This document shows, in pieces, positions 50,264-62,943 of a stretch of DNA of 64,000 nt. This stretch comes from Mustelus asterias (taxonomy: Eukaryota): the NCBI RefSeq assembly GCF_964213995.1, contig NW_027590155.1:868001-932000 (forward strand), written 5' to 3'. The translations under genes were made by a program, and so were the position numbers. Position 1 is the stretch's first letter. Every line of letters begins with the position of its first letter. The notes below the pieces were generated by a model. The model saw nothing but the letters and a program-made list of their open reading frames with translations. It searched no databases and had not been told where the DNA came from.

Positions 50264-51376
50264 GCTGCTGTGGGAGTTGCTCAAATACGGATATTATATT
50301 GTCATACAAATCTGATCAGACAGCTGTACTGAAAGCTGGAAGCGCTGGAAAAACTCAGCAAGTCAGGCAGCAAGTGCGCACAGGGAAAGGACTCTCTTCT
50401 CACACCTTCATAACCTTTCATTTTACCCTTTAAGCTGGGAAAGTTTGGAAATGTAGGAAGTTTTAAACAAGTGAAATCCAGGAGCTAGGAAACATAACAA
50501 CAGGACCGGGTACAATTCAAGAGAGATAAATGAACAACTTGTTGACAGTCCATGGTCTGAGCGTGAGGAAAGCAGAGTATCATAGAATGTTTGCACCGCA
50601 GAATGAGACCATGCACAAAATCTTTGAAGAAGTCGCGTGTCCTGTGGATAATATGGAGCCGGTGGGTGTACTGTCCAGCGATTTCACAGGAGCTGCAGTG
50701 ATGAGGTTGGTGGATTTGGGAAATTGAGAGGAACACATGAGCAGCTTGTCTGACTATTTCATCTCATTGCCGCTTTCATGCTGCAGCGAAAAGTAATCCT
50801 TGTTGCCATTGGATGAAGGACTATCTTATGTTCCACCTGAACAGAACATTTTGAAAGCGAGACTTGCCTCTGGTGGAGATAGATCTGAGATGAAAATAAT
50901 GAAATATAAAACGAAGTAAATTAGATTAAACATCCAACGTATTAGAAATATTGGGTCATCCAAACTATTAGAAATATTGGGTTGACAGTAAGTGGCATGA
51001 ATTGATGCTGTGATCGCAGATATAGAACTGGAACCCACCATCACACCGAGTGAATCCGCTGTCTGTTTAAATGTTGATCAAAGAAAAATTTTAATCACCT
51101 TGCACAATGGAACGTACGGTAACTCAGTCAATAAGCACCCTCCACTCACAAATAACAGAAAGGATCAATTTCACCTCACAACTTTAAACTTCTTGCTATG
51201 TTCCGTACATTTACCATGAAGATTTATAAAGTAAGTGAATAGAGTTTGTGATGGTAAAAAAAATGTCCACGCCCATGAGGTACGTAAGCATAGTGACGGA
51301 CACAGAGGAACAAACATAACCATAGACCACGCGAGACAGAGGACTAAAGAGCGACAAAACGGAGGTTAGACATTAA

Positions 51377-51447
51377 GGGAATATAGCTTAGGGGTCGGGC
51401 ATTTGACTGCAAGTCAAGACGCTTCTGCATTCAAATCGGATGCCTCC
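51377..51447 (+). pseudogene. tRNA-Cys(GCA) pseudogene
   Basis: GGGAATATAGCTTAGGGGTCGGGCATTTGACTGCAAGTCAAGA...TTCAAATC. Confidence 0.72.
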
Positions 51448-51842
51448 TTCCGCGCTTAATAGATTTTGTTTTCAATCTAAACTGCCCTTCATTGGCTGGA
51501 AAGCGCTTTGTGACGTCCACTGGTCGGGAGAGGTTCTATATCAATGCAAACATTTCATGACCTTCAATCCCAGTCCTCTGTTACTGAGCCCAATCAGTGG
51601 GAACAATCTGTCCCTCCCTGCACTATCAAACGGCCCTTTTCCCATGTTTGGAGAAGGGATTGACTATTACACCACAACAACACTGTGGGGTAAAATAGTA
51701 AAACATACATGTTTAGATTTGTAAACGATGCCAACATTTGGTCTTTCTGTGTCAGGTTTGGTGAAAATTAAATTGGCATCGAATTTGCAGCCAACACTTT
51801 AACACTATGATTTAAGATGCCACGTGGGCTACAGATGTGTCA

Positions 51843-51916
51843 GTCTCTGTGGCGCAATTGACCAGCGCGTTCAGCTGTTAATTGAAAAGTTGGTGGTTCG
51901 AAAACATCCAAGGATG
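51843..51916 (+). pseudogene. tRNA-Asn(GTT) pseudogene
   Basis: GTCTCTGTGGCGCAATTGACCAGCGCGTTCAGCTGTTAATTGAAAAGTTGGTGGTTCGAA... Confidence 0.78.
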
Positions 51917-52205
51917 GCGCTTCCAATTTTTTTTCTCTCCATCTACTTTCATTGTCTCTCGGTTTTTGAGTGTCACTGAGTCCTTGGGCAACACTAAAAA
52001 TACTTATCGTGTGTTAGCCGACGTTAGTTTATTGAACATTTATCTCTCACATATTATTTGTAACAATTTATATCTTTCAAATGTTATTAAACTCAATAAC
52101 TGAACTCGAAACTTCAACCCATGTTTGACCTTGAGTTTCCATTTTCCTGCTTTCCAGCCAATGAAAGACAGTTTAGATTGAAAACAAAATCTATTAAGCG
52201 CGGAA

Positions 52206-52276
52206 AGAGGCATCCGATTTGAATGCAGAAACGTCTTGACTTGCAGTCAAATGCCCGACCCCTAAGCTATATTCCC
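52206..52276 (-). pseudogene. tRNA-Cys(GCA) pseudogene, inverted copy of 51377-51447
   Basis: Near-identical reverse complement. Confidence 0.72.
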
Positions 52277-55200
52277 TTAATATCAATGAGCTATACCCCC
52301 TCAGGGCATTTTTGCAATCAATGATGAAGTACAAACTAACATTTTGTTTGCTCCAATTCAGCTCATATGCAACAACGATCTAGAATCGGGGAAAATTTAA
52401 AAAAATGTTAATTTCAATTGTGTTTCGACCTTATTTTGAATCGGGGAGCCTTTCGTATATGAAATGAACATGTTAACTCCTACAATCCAGAAGCTCTGCT
52501 CATGACCAATGTGACCGGCCTAGAATATCAAACAGTGCAGTCTGATTGCAATTTAAATCCTTGCTTTGGAGAATTATAATTCTGTTGTAAACCTTAGCCA
52601 TGTGGCAGAGTCATTGATCTAACATAAGATTTAGAAAATAGCATTTGTCCCGAATTTTATCTCTTTCTCCATGACTGCAGTTGCAGAATATTATTCAAGC
52701 ATTGGGGAATTATAAATGCCACATGGCTGTGAGATAATGTGATTCCTTAATATTTAATAACACTTAGAGATGGGACAGCTGCTTTGAAAAGGTATTATCA
52801 GTTTTTTTGAAAACAATAATCAGTATACTTCAGGAAGACAGGTGACAAATGGAAGTGTTTCGAATTTGATGCCTGTCCACAGATTCTGCCAAACCTGCTG
52901 AGAATTTCCACCATCTTATGCTTGTATTATAAATACAGGTTTTATCAGAATATAAAACACACTGCCAGACGGCAACGATAAATGAAATAGTCCCACAAGC
53001 TGTTCACGTGTAAATTTTAATTTCCGAAACCCACCAATCTCATCATTACTGATCCTGTGAAACTTACCTTGTAAAACACGGCAGGCATTCATCTCTCAAA
53101 GAACTGAAACGCCTCAAATGTCAACTCTCTGCTCTCAATCTCAGGACTTTGCAATTATAAAAACAGCATTCTGGTGAAAGTTTAACTCAGTCCTCACTCC
53201 ACTGATCTTTGCCGACTTACTGTGTATTTCCCTCATTGAACACATTTCAGGTTGGGACAGACAAATTCCTGATCTATTGGCAGCGCTTTGCAGCCTATCA
53301 CTGTCCTTCACTATCTGTGTTTGTTCTTGAACTGTTGCCCATGTGACATTTCCAATTCGGACACAAATATAGATCTAACTCCACTGCTTCTGACAGAGCT
53401 GTTTTCGATCAGGAAACAACTCAGGTTTGTTAAATGGATTATCAAAAACTTTAAATCTTAGCATATTGAAGCCGATCAATGACCCTGAAAGCGCCAAATC
53501 CTCAGCACTGGACCATGAGGATTTCATTCTCCTGGTTCTCCCATCGACTGAATACAGGGATTCCACAGTGCCAATTATTCACAGTCGCATTCTCCTTCCT
53601 GTCTTGTGCACGTTGTTCAGCTTTGAAATTATTCATCTTTTCACATTAGCTTCCAGTGTGATGAAAGCAGAGCAGTGATAAGCTGAAGGATTTCAACAGA
53701 TTTACCACAATAAGGTTTATAACAAACACTACTCTTTGAATGTGGTGAGCTACAGTGAAATTTTATGCAGTCGAAGGTAACTCACTCATTCTGACAGTTG
53801 GTACCAGCAATTGCAATGTAAATATGATGTCGAGATACCGGCGTTGGACTGGGGTGGGCACAATAAGAAGTCTCACAGCATCATGTTAAAATCCAACAGG
53901 TTCATTTGCTCCGATAATAAAATCAATTTGCTTTGTTTGATCAGCGCCCCGAAAGCTCCTGACTCCAAATAGACCTGGTGTTGTAAGACTTCCGAATGTA
54001 AATATGAATTGTTGTGGGTAATTGACAGGATTGTGGAATGGGGCAGATTTTTCCTTCTTCCTGTTCAACCTGCCACAAGTATCTCTCCCGTTTTCGACCA
54101 GGGAGCAATATCCACTCTCCTTAATTCATGTGTTGCACGAGAGCAATGAATCATCATTCCCTAACCGTGAATCGAACCCAAACCATGGCAGTTAAAGCAG
54201 CGAATTCTATCGACGAAACCAACACGGAAATTGAGGTGACCTGAGCATTATTGAGCAATTGTGGGCGTGTGTGTGCGTGTGTGATTTGGGAGAAAGGTCA
54301 CGTGCTCTCGGGTAATCCCTGATGAATGAAGCCTCCGATCTCTTTATCGCTGAGCGTTTTGTGTTCTTGAGAAATCGTCCTCTGGGGCTGATACAATGAG
54401 GCCAGGAGAGTAACTCACTGCACCGTCTGCAATGTGATTGCAGTGCGATTTGCTGAAAGCTGTTAATTTTATAAAAATAATCTTTTTGCGAATTGTAAAT
54501 GAAATGCCCTTCAGTACCCGGTAAGAATTCTCACAACACCAGGTTAAAGTGCAACAGGTTTGTTTGAAATCACGAGCTTTCGGAGCGCAGCTCCTTCATC
54601 ACTCACGCTGAGGATTCACCACATTTTTCTGTCTTTGAATGAAAGCAATAGATATCTCGTCAGTTCCCCGGTATCCTGAGTGTACGACACTGATTTCAAC
54701 AGTACACTGCTTTAAATGTTTGTTTTCAATGTGAAATTAAGTAGTTTGATTCCATGTGAAGGATTTAAACTTACACTCTTCCGGGAAGATTGTGACGTAG
54801 TGGTAAAATGAGTGGAGTATGAATCCTGTGGCCCAGGCTCAGAGGTCACGATCCCACCGCAGTCTAGAACTGAAACGGAAGTGAAAGCTCGTCTCAGTAA
54901 TGAAGCTTTGTTTTCCGATTGTCATGAAAACACATCTTGCAGAAGGAAATCTGTCATCCCTCTCCTTTCTGCCCTCCATGGGACTCCAGAGGAAAGGCAA
55001 TGTGATTGATTTTTAACTGACCTCTGAAATGGCCCAGCAAAATACGCAGTTCAGTGGGAAATAGGGGTGGACAACAAATGCTGGCATTGACAATGAAATA
55101 TATATTGCATTCGCAGCATTTTAAGAAATGATTAATTCTCATTTTGTTTCATTTCATGTCAAATAGGGTGACATATTCTGCTGTCTCATTATTTAAAACC

Positions 55201-55778
55201 TCAGCCTTTCAACTGTTCAAACAGGTAAGATTCAGTCAGAGAAAAGTGAACCACTGTGATCCAAAACTAGGTTTTGTAGTTGCTGCGAATCCCACCTCAA
55301 AACAGAAAATGTTGGAAGGACGCATCAGCTTTAACAGCTTCTGTGGAGAGGGAAAGAGAGTGAATGATTCAGGTTGCTGACCTTTGACCCTAACTGGAAA
55401 AAAGTAGTGATTTAATGGTTTACAAACAAGTACAGAGTCAAGGAAAATAGAGAGGGAGAGGAGGAAAGAACAAACGGTCTTTTGATCGGATGGAAGACTG
55501 GAGTGATTGAATTACAATGGAGATGATTATTGTTCCCACTGACACAATCTCGCCGAGCTGGGTTTAAATCTCATAATTAATAAGAACAAAACCTCTCGCT
55601 GAGTTCAGCGCTAAACTCCCCGCCTTCCAGTGAGCTGGAGGCAGTTTTCAGTCAGAAACCCACAACTGTGAGATAAACAACGCAGAAAGGAGAAAGACTC
55701 AGTTTGAGCGGTGACACTTCTGGAGGAACGGAGATCTGGAATTCACCCAGGAATGAGGCAAAGTTTAAAAATCAATGT

Positions 55779-55851
55779 CGCCCAACGTGGGGCTAGAACC
55801 CACGACCCTGAGATTAAGAGTCTCATGCTCTACCGACTGAGCTAGCCGGGC
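55779..55851 (-). tRNA. tRNA-Lys(CTT)
   Basis: Matches vertebrate Lys-CTT except G57>T (GTTCTAG in the T loop). Confidence 0.9.
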
Positions 55852-58457
55852 ACATGGAGTAACCGGCTTTCCATAACAAATATGGTTTTTCCATCTGGTG
55901 TCTCAGCTTGTTCTGATTTCAAAGTTTACAATGAATCTACTGACATAATCCCCAAAGTTCCTTTCCATTCCTCTCAGTCATTAATAACATTACTCACATG
56001 TTGAAATTCTTAGCTTCGCCTCTCCCAAATATTCCAACCTCCTCTAACATCATTCACCTTATTTTTCTTTGTTCTTAATAATTTAGTCAGGAGTGGAGGG
56101 AACTCAACATTTGCACTGTCAAACGGTTTCCCCGTTTCAGACTTTTCAGTAAGATCACCTCAGATAATTCTAAACTCCAGAGCGAACAGACTCATCCCAC
56201 TGATTCTCTCCTTGCAGGAGAAACGCAGAAATCAATCCAGTGAACCTCGGATACACACAGACAGCGAAATAATGGACAGAGCAAGGAGCAAAATATGTCA
56301 ACGTAATAAAAACATAGTCAGAGAGTCTGAGGGAGATATATAGAGACATGAAAAACAGAAATAGCGAGTGTGGTACACTTCCACAACCCACGAATGAATA
56401 ACAATAATTACACAGCCAGCTGTCTCAACCAACAAACATGGGGTCCTCGAAACTGGTGAACAGCGATAAAGTGAATGGCCACAAGCATATTAACAATGAA
56501 AATATTTCCATTGACATCCAAAGCTGCTCAGACTTCTGCAGTGACAGGTGAAAATGCTGGAAAAACTCAGAAAGCCAGACAGCTTGTGTGCACAGGAGAA
56601 CAAATCTTATATTTTAGCTCCATAACCTTTCATTGGGAATAACTGGGAATTTTTAGAAATGTAGGAAGTTTTAAACAAGTGTTATCCAGCCGCATAGCAA
56701 GAGGGTTTGAGGCCTCTTGCCGGGTGTAAATCAGGAGAGATTAAATGAGGGAAACAATGAATTTTAAAGAAATTACACCACAGAATGGGGCCATTCCTAA
56801 GCCCCTTACAGGACTCAGTTGTGGTGTGGATGAAGGGGAACCTGTGGATGTAATGTACGTAGATTACATTGGAGCCACAGTGATGAGTTGGTGGGTTTTG
56901 AAAATTGAAATTTGCACTTAGGAACATAGAATTAGGAGCAGAAGTGGGCAAATTCAGCGCTTCGAGCCTGAACCGTCATGCAATCAGTTCATGACTGATC
57001 TCTCCCTGGTCTCAAATCCACCTCCCTACCTGTTCCAATATCCCCTCATCCCTTTAATTATCAGGAATATATCTGTCTCTTTCTTGAAATCATTTAATGA
57101 TTCAGACTCAACCGCGCTATGCGGCAATGCATTCCACAAATTCACGACCCTTAGTGAAAAGCAGTTCCTCCTCATCTCAGTTTTAAATCTACCACCTCTC
57201 AACCTATACATTTGACATGGTGTTCCCGATTGCGCATAAGAAAAAAGATTTTACTTTCTTTAATACTATTAAGAATTTTATAAAGCACGATCACTTCAGC
57301 ATCTTGTGTGAGTATTTCACCTCACTGTCGATTTCATGTCCCAGCAAGCACAATCGGTGTTGTCATTAGCTGAAGCAGTCACTTATGTTCCCTCCAAACT
57401 GGACACATTCAGGGATATATGGAAAGTCATTTTGAAACACACAGTTCACCCATGACCCTGGGAGTCCAGTGGGTTGTATTCTGTACTCCCCAGTGTTGTT
57501 TGTTTTCAATTCCCGCTCAGGAAATGATTATTTATAGCTCTCGGCAAACTATTAAAAAATAGCCTGATTTACTATCTGATCGAAAGCAGATCTACTAATA
57601 TCAGCCGAGTGAGTTTTGCAAGTTGACATCACAGCTGGAAATGTCACATGTGCAACAGGTCAAAAACACAGTTGCAAGAAAGACAGTGATCGGCTGGAAA
57701 GCGCTGACAACAGAGATGGTGATGTAAGGTAACATTTGGATGGTAAATTGATCAGATTTTGGCGTTCACACTGAATTATTCAACTTGTCCCTCAATCTGC
57801 AACGAAAATATTTGGAAAAGGTTCTCTCCAGTTTCGAACAGTCGGAAGTGAAATTAATAACTGTAAGTGGAATGTCTGTTGTATGTTGTCACTGATTGAA
57901 TGTATCACTAGGCTGGTAACTGAAAGTGCCATTTTGCAACAGAGACTTGCTTGTGGTGAATGTAGTCTGTCCTGGCGCGAAAAATAAAGCAACACATGCA
58001 GTGTGTGTAAAGCAAGTTGTAAAACAGGCTACAAGCAGCTGGTCTGGTGGTCAGAGTTTGACACTTTCACTGCTGTTTGGATTGGTGGTCAGGCAATGGA
58101 GATTTGTTGCTCTCATCCAAACCGTAAAAACAAATGTCAGTTATTGCCTTGTGGAACAGATAAAACAAAATGTCGCCTCGTGTCCTGAAGTGAAGACTGA
58201 GCAAATTCAACAGGAGGTTTTTTTTTGTCATTTCTGGCAGGATATCGGGAACCAGACATGGTTAAGGGCAGTTTAAATGGTGCTGGTCCTTCACTGCAGC
58301 TCATTCTGTTTCTGACTGGATGTGATTCCTGTTTGTTACACAGTTCAGGATAAATTGATTCAGTGAAGGAGCAGGCTCAAGCCAACTGATGGACTGTCGC
58401 AGCTCCTTTGTTGATAATTTCAATGACGATACCAGTAAAGGACACAGTTGCTGACGT

Positions 58458-58538
58458 GGTAACGGTGCCGAGTAATCTAAGCCAGTCGCTGAAAATCCAG
58501 TTACGATGGAGTTGTTGGTTCGACTGCAGCCACTGCCA
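58458..58538 (+). pseudogene. Highly decayed tRNA-Leu
   Basis: Syntenic position relative to 16104 and 43298; GGTAACGGTGCCGAG...GGTTCGAC..CACTGCCA. Confidence 0.55.
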
Positions 58539-59482
58539 GAATGGGCTTGCGTTTTGGTCCCTGCAGCTGAAGTCCAGCATTTCAGATTGAATGCAAAAAT
58601 TTGTGTTGTGTCGTATTTGCCATGAAGAAAGAGGAGCGACATACCAATGTCAACAGTTGTTGAGGTAAAGGAACGAGTGCGGAAGGAGTGGAGCAAATTA
58701 TCGTGGATTCTGGAATCGGAAACAAAAAGAGAAAATGCTGGAAAACCTCACCAGCATCTGTAAGGAGTGAAGAAAGCTGGCATTTCGATTCCAGATGACC
58801 CTTTGTCAAAGCTGGGAAGAGTGGAGTTGCTCCGATAGAGAATACAAACGGGAACACCGGTTGAATGGTTGTCTGTCGAAATAAACAGCAGGATTGCAAA
58901 CATTGAGACTGCAGTCCCGGCCCAGGGGATGTATTGGGATTTTCAAACTGAGGTTCAAATCCTGTCATGAGCGCTTCCCGTCATTCCTCATTGTGACTTT
59001 TTTTAAATTGAAAGTTATTGGAAATGAAGCAATGGGTGCAGAGATGATCAACTCCTGCAAAATTGTCACTTCAGCGTCACTGAGGGTCCAGTGATCAGCG
59101 TCGGCGCCGTGACGCGTTTTGGATTCCCAGTCACGGAGTGAGTACACTTTTGTTCATTTCTTCATTTAATAAAAGCAGCGTCCGTGAAGTGAACAACAAG
59201 CTAAATCTTCCAGCTGGATGAACTTGTATCAGAGATGGAAAAATCAGAGATGTAACATTGACGATAAACTCTGAAGAAGAACCACATGACACACACAACA
59301 TACATGTCAAGTACATACACAATACACATGTCAAATCATGTCACTTTCAACTTCTATCTTTTAACTTCTGGCTCCCCACCTCAGACATTTCCACATTCAT
59401 CAAAAATCTCCGTCCTCAAACCCGATCCTGGTCCTCGATCCACGGATAATGCTGCACTTTCTGGAAGCTTGGTGCAGCATTT

Positions 59483-59555
59483 GGTTCCGTAGCACAGTGG
59501 TTAGAGCACTGGTCTTGTAAACCAGGGGTCGCGAGTTCAATTCTTGCTGGAGCCT
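59483..59555 (+). tRNA. tRNA-Thr(TGT)
   Basis: GGTTCCGTAGCACAGTGGTTAGAGCACTGGTCTTGTAAACCAGGGGTCGCGAGTTCAATTCTTGCTGGAGCCT. One D-stem mismatch. Confidence 0.85.
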
Positions 59556-61519
59556 ATGGGCGAAGTTCAGCTTATGGAAGCTGTCGGAAAGGGGAAGAAA
59601 GTCCCTAAAAATAGAGAGCTTTGATGAGTGGAGGCGCAGATCGGCTGTCGCTTTGGAAAGCGAATAGATATTTCCTTCTTCGTAAAAAAAATAGAAAGAG
59701 CAAGACATATTTGAAGAGCTGAAAAAGGTAAGAGTCGATATTGAGCAGAGAAGATATGCGTTTGTACAAGGAATGCAGAAAGCTGGCATGTAGGTGCAGG
59801 CAATGATTGGAAGGAAAATTGCATTTTGGTCTTTATTGACGGCAGACTGGAGTCCAAGTATAACGAGGTGTTGCTGAAGTTGCACAGGGTTTTGTTGAGA
59901 CCACATGTTGAATATTCTGTGCAGATATGATATTCACATTTAATAAAGGATATGTTTACATTGGAAACGGTGCAGATAAGGTTCAGCAGATGATCATCCC
60001 TGGGATGAGGGAGTTGTCGTATGATGAGAGGCTGAGTAAATTGGGCTGAAAATCCCTGGAGTTTGGAAGAATGAGAGGCGATTTCATTAAACCTGCACAA
60101 GTCTGATTGGGTTTGACAGGGTGGAGACTGAGAGATTTCTTCTGCTTGTCGGGAAATCTAACCCACGGCAGTACAGTCTCAGGAAAATGGGCTGATCATT
60201 TCGGCCTAAGATAAGGAGAAATTACTTCACTGAAATGGTTGTGAATCTTTGAAATTCTTTATGCCAGACAGTTATGGAAGCTCCATCATCGAATACATTT
60301 AAGGTTGGGATAGACAGGTTTCTGGCCTCTCGGGGAATTCAGGGATATGGGGAGCTGGTGAAAAACTGAGTTGTACCCCAAGATCAGCCATCACGGTACT
60401 GAATTTCGGGAACACGCTCGATGGACCGAGTGGTCTACTCCTGCTCCGATTTATTGTGTTCATGTGGATGATCAAGCTAGTAATTCATGTTAAAATAAAA
60501 ACAGAAAGTGCTGGAAGTTCTCAGCAGGTACTGCAGCAAATGTGAATCGGACAGAGAGTTAAGGTTCTGAGTCTAATATGGCTCTTTTTAAACTAGCAAC
60601 TGAGTGTGAGTTACAACAATTAGCACAATATCGAGACAGGGAATTGAATTGAATCCAGGCAGTGAAAGCCCTGAATTTAAACTCCTGTATTATTTATGCA
60701 GTAAACTTGTTCTGGAAACTTACCTGCCAATTGAAAGTGTGGAGGTTTGAGAGCACCCCGAGCCAAATGGACTCCCGCTATTCCTGTTTCTGCTTATATT
60801 CCCGACACAGATTTACTTTGTTCCCTTCTGTAACAGTGAAATATTGTCCAAACTTTGTCAGTCTTGCTGTTATTCAGTAAATTACCATACTGTTATGATA
60901 CAGAGGCTCATCCCCTTTATCTCACATCGTAATCTGGAAAAAACTATTTGTGACACTGCGAACTGTTTTTTATAAACGTTCAGAGGCTTATTAATGATAA
61001 AAATTCCTGTCACTCACTTTGAGTGAATAATCAACAAGCTATTTTATTCAAATAACCAAGAACATTAAGTAAACAAGTAAAACATGTTAATTAAGGTACG
61101 GTTCGACTGAAATGCTGTTCAAATAATACCAGGAACATTCATTACCAATACTGTAATAACAGAATTTCAGTCACTCTCAAAGAAATTATACAAACAGCCT
61201 CGATGGGATTCAGAAGATTTTGGAGTTCTGCAGTAGTTGTGCGATCTGTAAGGTCTTTCTAACTCCGTATCCTTCGGTTAGATAGTTTTCTTAAGCGAAT
61301 TTTAATCTGTCAGGGGTGGAGAACTGCTGCAGAAGCAAATGTTTTTTGATTGGCTGCCCTGGCCTCTGGAGATGGTCACCCAAGATATTATCGAGCGATG
61401 GCTGTTCCTCTGGCCTTTTTTTACCTGATGTGGAGATGCCGACGTTGGACTGGGGTAAACACACTGAGAGTTTTAACAACACCAGGTTAAAGTCCAACAG
61501 GTTTATTTGGTAGCAAATG

Positions 61520-61556
61520 CCATTAGCTTTCGGAGCGCTGCCCCTTCGTCAGATGG
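61520..61556 (-). ncRNA. Minimal type I hammerhead ribozyme in Penelope terminal repeat
   Basis: ccau-CUGACGA-a-ggggc(agc)gcucc-GAAA-gc-UA-augg. Confidence 0.8.
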
Positions 61557-62599
61557 AGTGGATATCTGCTCGCAAACAAGGCACACAGAGACAGAAAATC
61601 AAGTTACAGAATACTGATTAGAATGCCAATCCTGACAGCCAACCAGGTCTTAAAGATACAGACAATGTGAGTGGAGGGAGCATTAGGCACAGGTTAAAGA
61701 AATGTGTATTGTCTCCAGACAGGAGAGCCAGTGAGATTCTGCAAGTCCAGGAGGCAAGCTGTGGGGGTTACCGAAAGTGTGACATGAATCCAATACCCCG
61801 GTTGAGGCCGTCCTCTTGTGTGCGGAATTTGGCTATCCATTTCTGCTCAGCAACTCTGCGCTGTCGTGTGTCGTGAAGGCCGCCTTGGAGAACACTTACC
61901 CGGAGATCAGAGGCTGAATGCCCGTGACCGCTGAAGTGCTCCCCCACAGGAAGAGAACAGTCTTGCCTGGTGATTGTCGAGCGGTGTTCATTCATCCGTT
62001 GTAGTAGCGTTTGCATGGTTTCCCCAATGTACCATGCCTCGGGACATCCTTTCCTGCAGCTTATCAGGTAGACAACGTTGACCGAGTTGCAAGAGTATGT
62101 ACCGTGTACCTGGTGGATGGTGTTCTCACGTGCGATGATGGCATCCGTGTCGATGATCCGGCACGTCTTACAGAGGTTGCTGTGGCAGGGTTGTGTGGTG
62201 TCATGGTCACTGTTCTCCTGAAGGCTGGGTAGTTTGCTGCGGACAATAGACTGTTTGAGGTTGTGCGGTTATTTGAAGGCAAGAAGTGGGGGTGTGGGGA
62301 TGGCCGTGGCGAGATGTTCGTCTTCACCAATGACATGTGAAGGCTCCGGAGGAGATGCCGTAGCTTCTCCGCTCCGGGGAAGTACTGGACGACGAACGGT
62401 ACTCTGTGCACCGTGTCCCATGTTTGTCTTCTGAGGAGGTCGGTGCGGTTTTTCGCTGTGGCGCGTCGGAACTGTCGATCGATGAGTCGAGCGCCATATC
62501 CTGTTCTTATGAGGGCATCTTTCAGCGTCTGGAGGTGTCTGTTGCGATCCTCCTCATCAGAGCAGATCCTGTGTGTACGGAGGGCTTGTCCGTATGGGA

Positions 62600-62943
62600 T
62601 GGCGGCACGGTAGCACAGTGCTTAGCACTGCTGCTTCACAGCTCCAGCGACCTGGGTTCGATTCCCGGCTTGGGTCACTGTCTGTGTGGAGTTTGCACAT
62701 TCTCCTCGCGTCTGCGTGGGTTTCCTCCGGGTGCTCCGGTTTCCTCCCACAGTCCAAAGATATGCGGGTTATGTTGATTGGCCATGTTAAAAATTGCCCT
62801 TAGTGTCCTGAGATGCATAGGTTAGAGGGATTAGTGGGTAAATATGTAGGGATATGGGGGTAGGGCCTGGGTGGGATTGTGGTCGGTGCAGACTAGATGG
62901 GCCGAATGGCCTCTTTCTGTACTGTAGGGTTTCTTTCTATGAT
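62600..62943 (+). mobile_element. Full-length HE1/V-SINE inserted in the Penelope element
   Basis: tRNA-like head with A and B boxes (GGTTCGATTCCC), V-domain, CR1-type tail GGGCCGAATGGCC..TTCTAT. Confidence 0.9.

Larger units (their letters stand above)
53600..60955. repeat. Right arm of the inverted segmental duplication
   Basis: See 16990-24740. Confidence 0.9.

Noticed and set aside
50530-50727. 65-aa ORF as a possible novel peptide
   Set aside because: FEEV..VD.MEPV.V..SDF is a decayed CR1 RT motif
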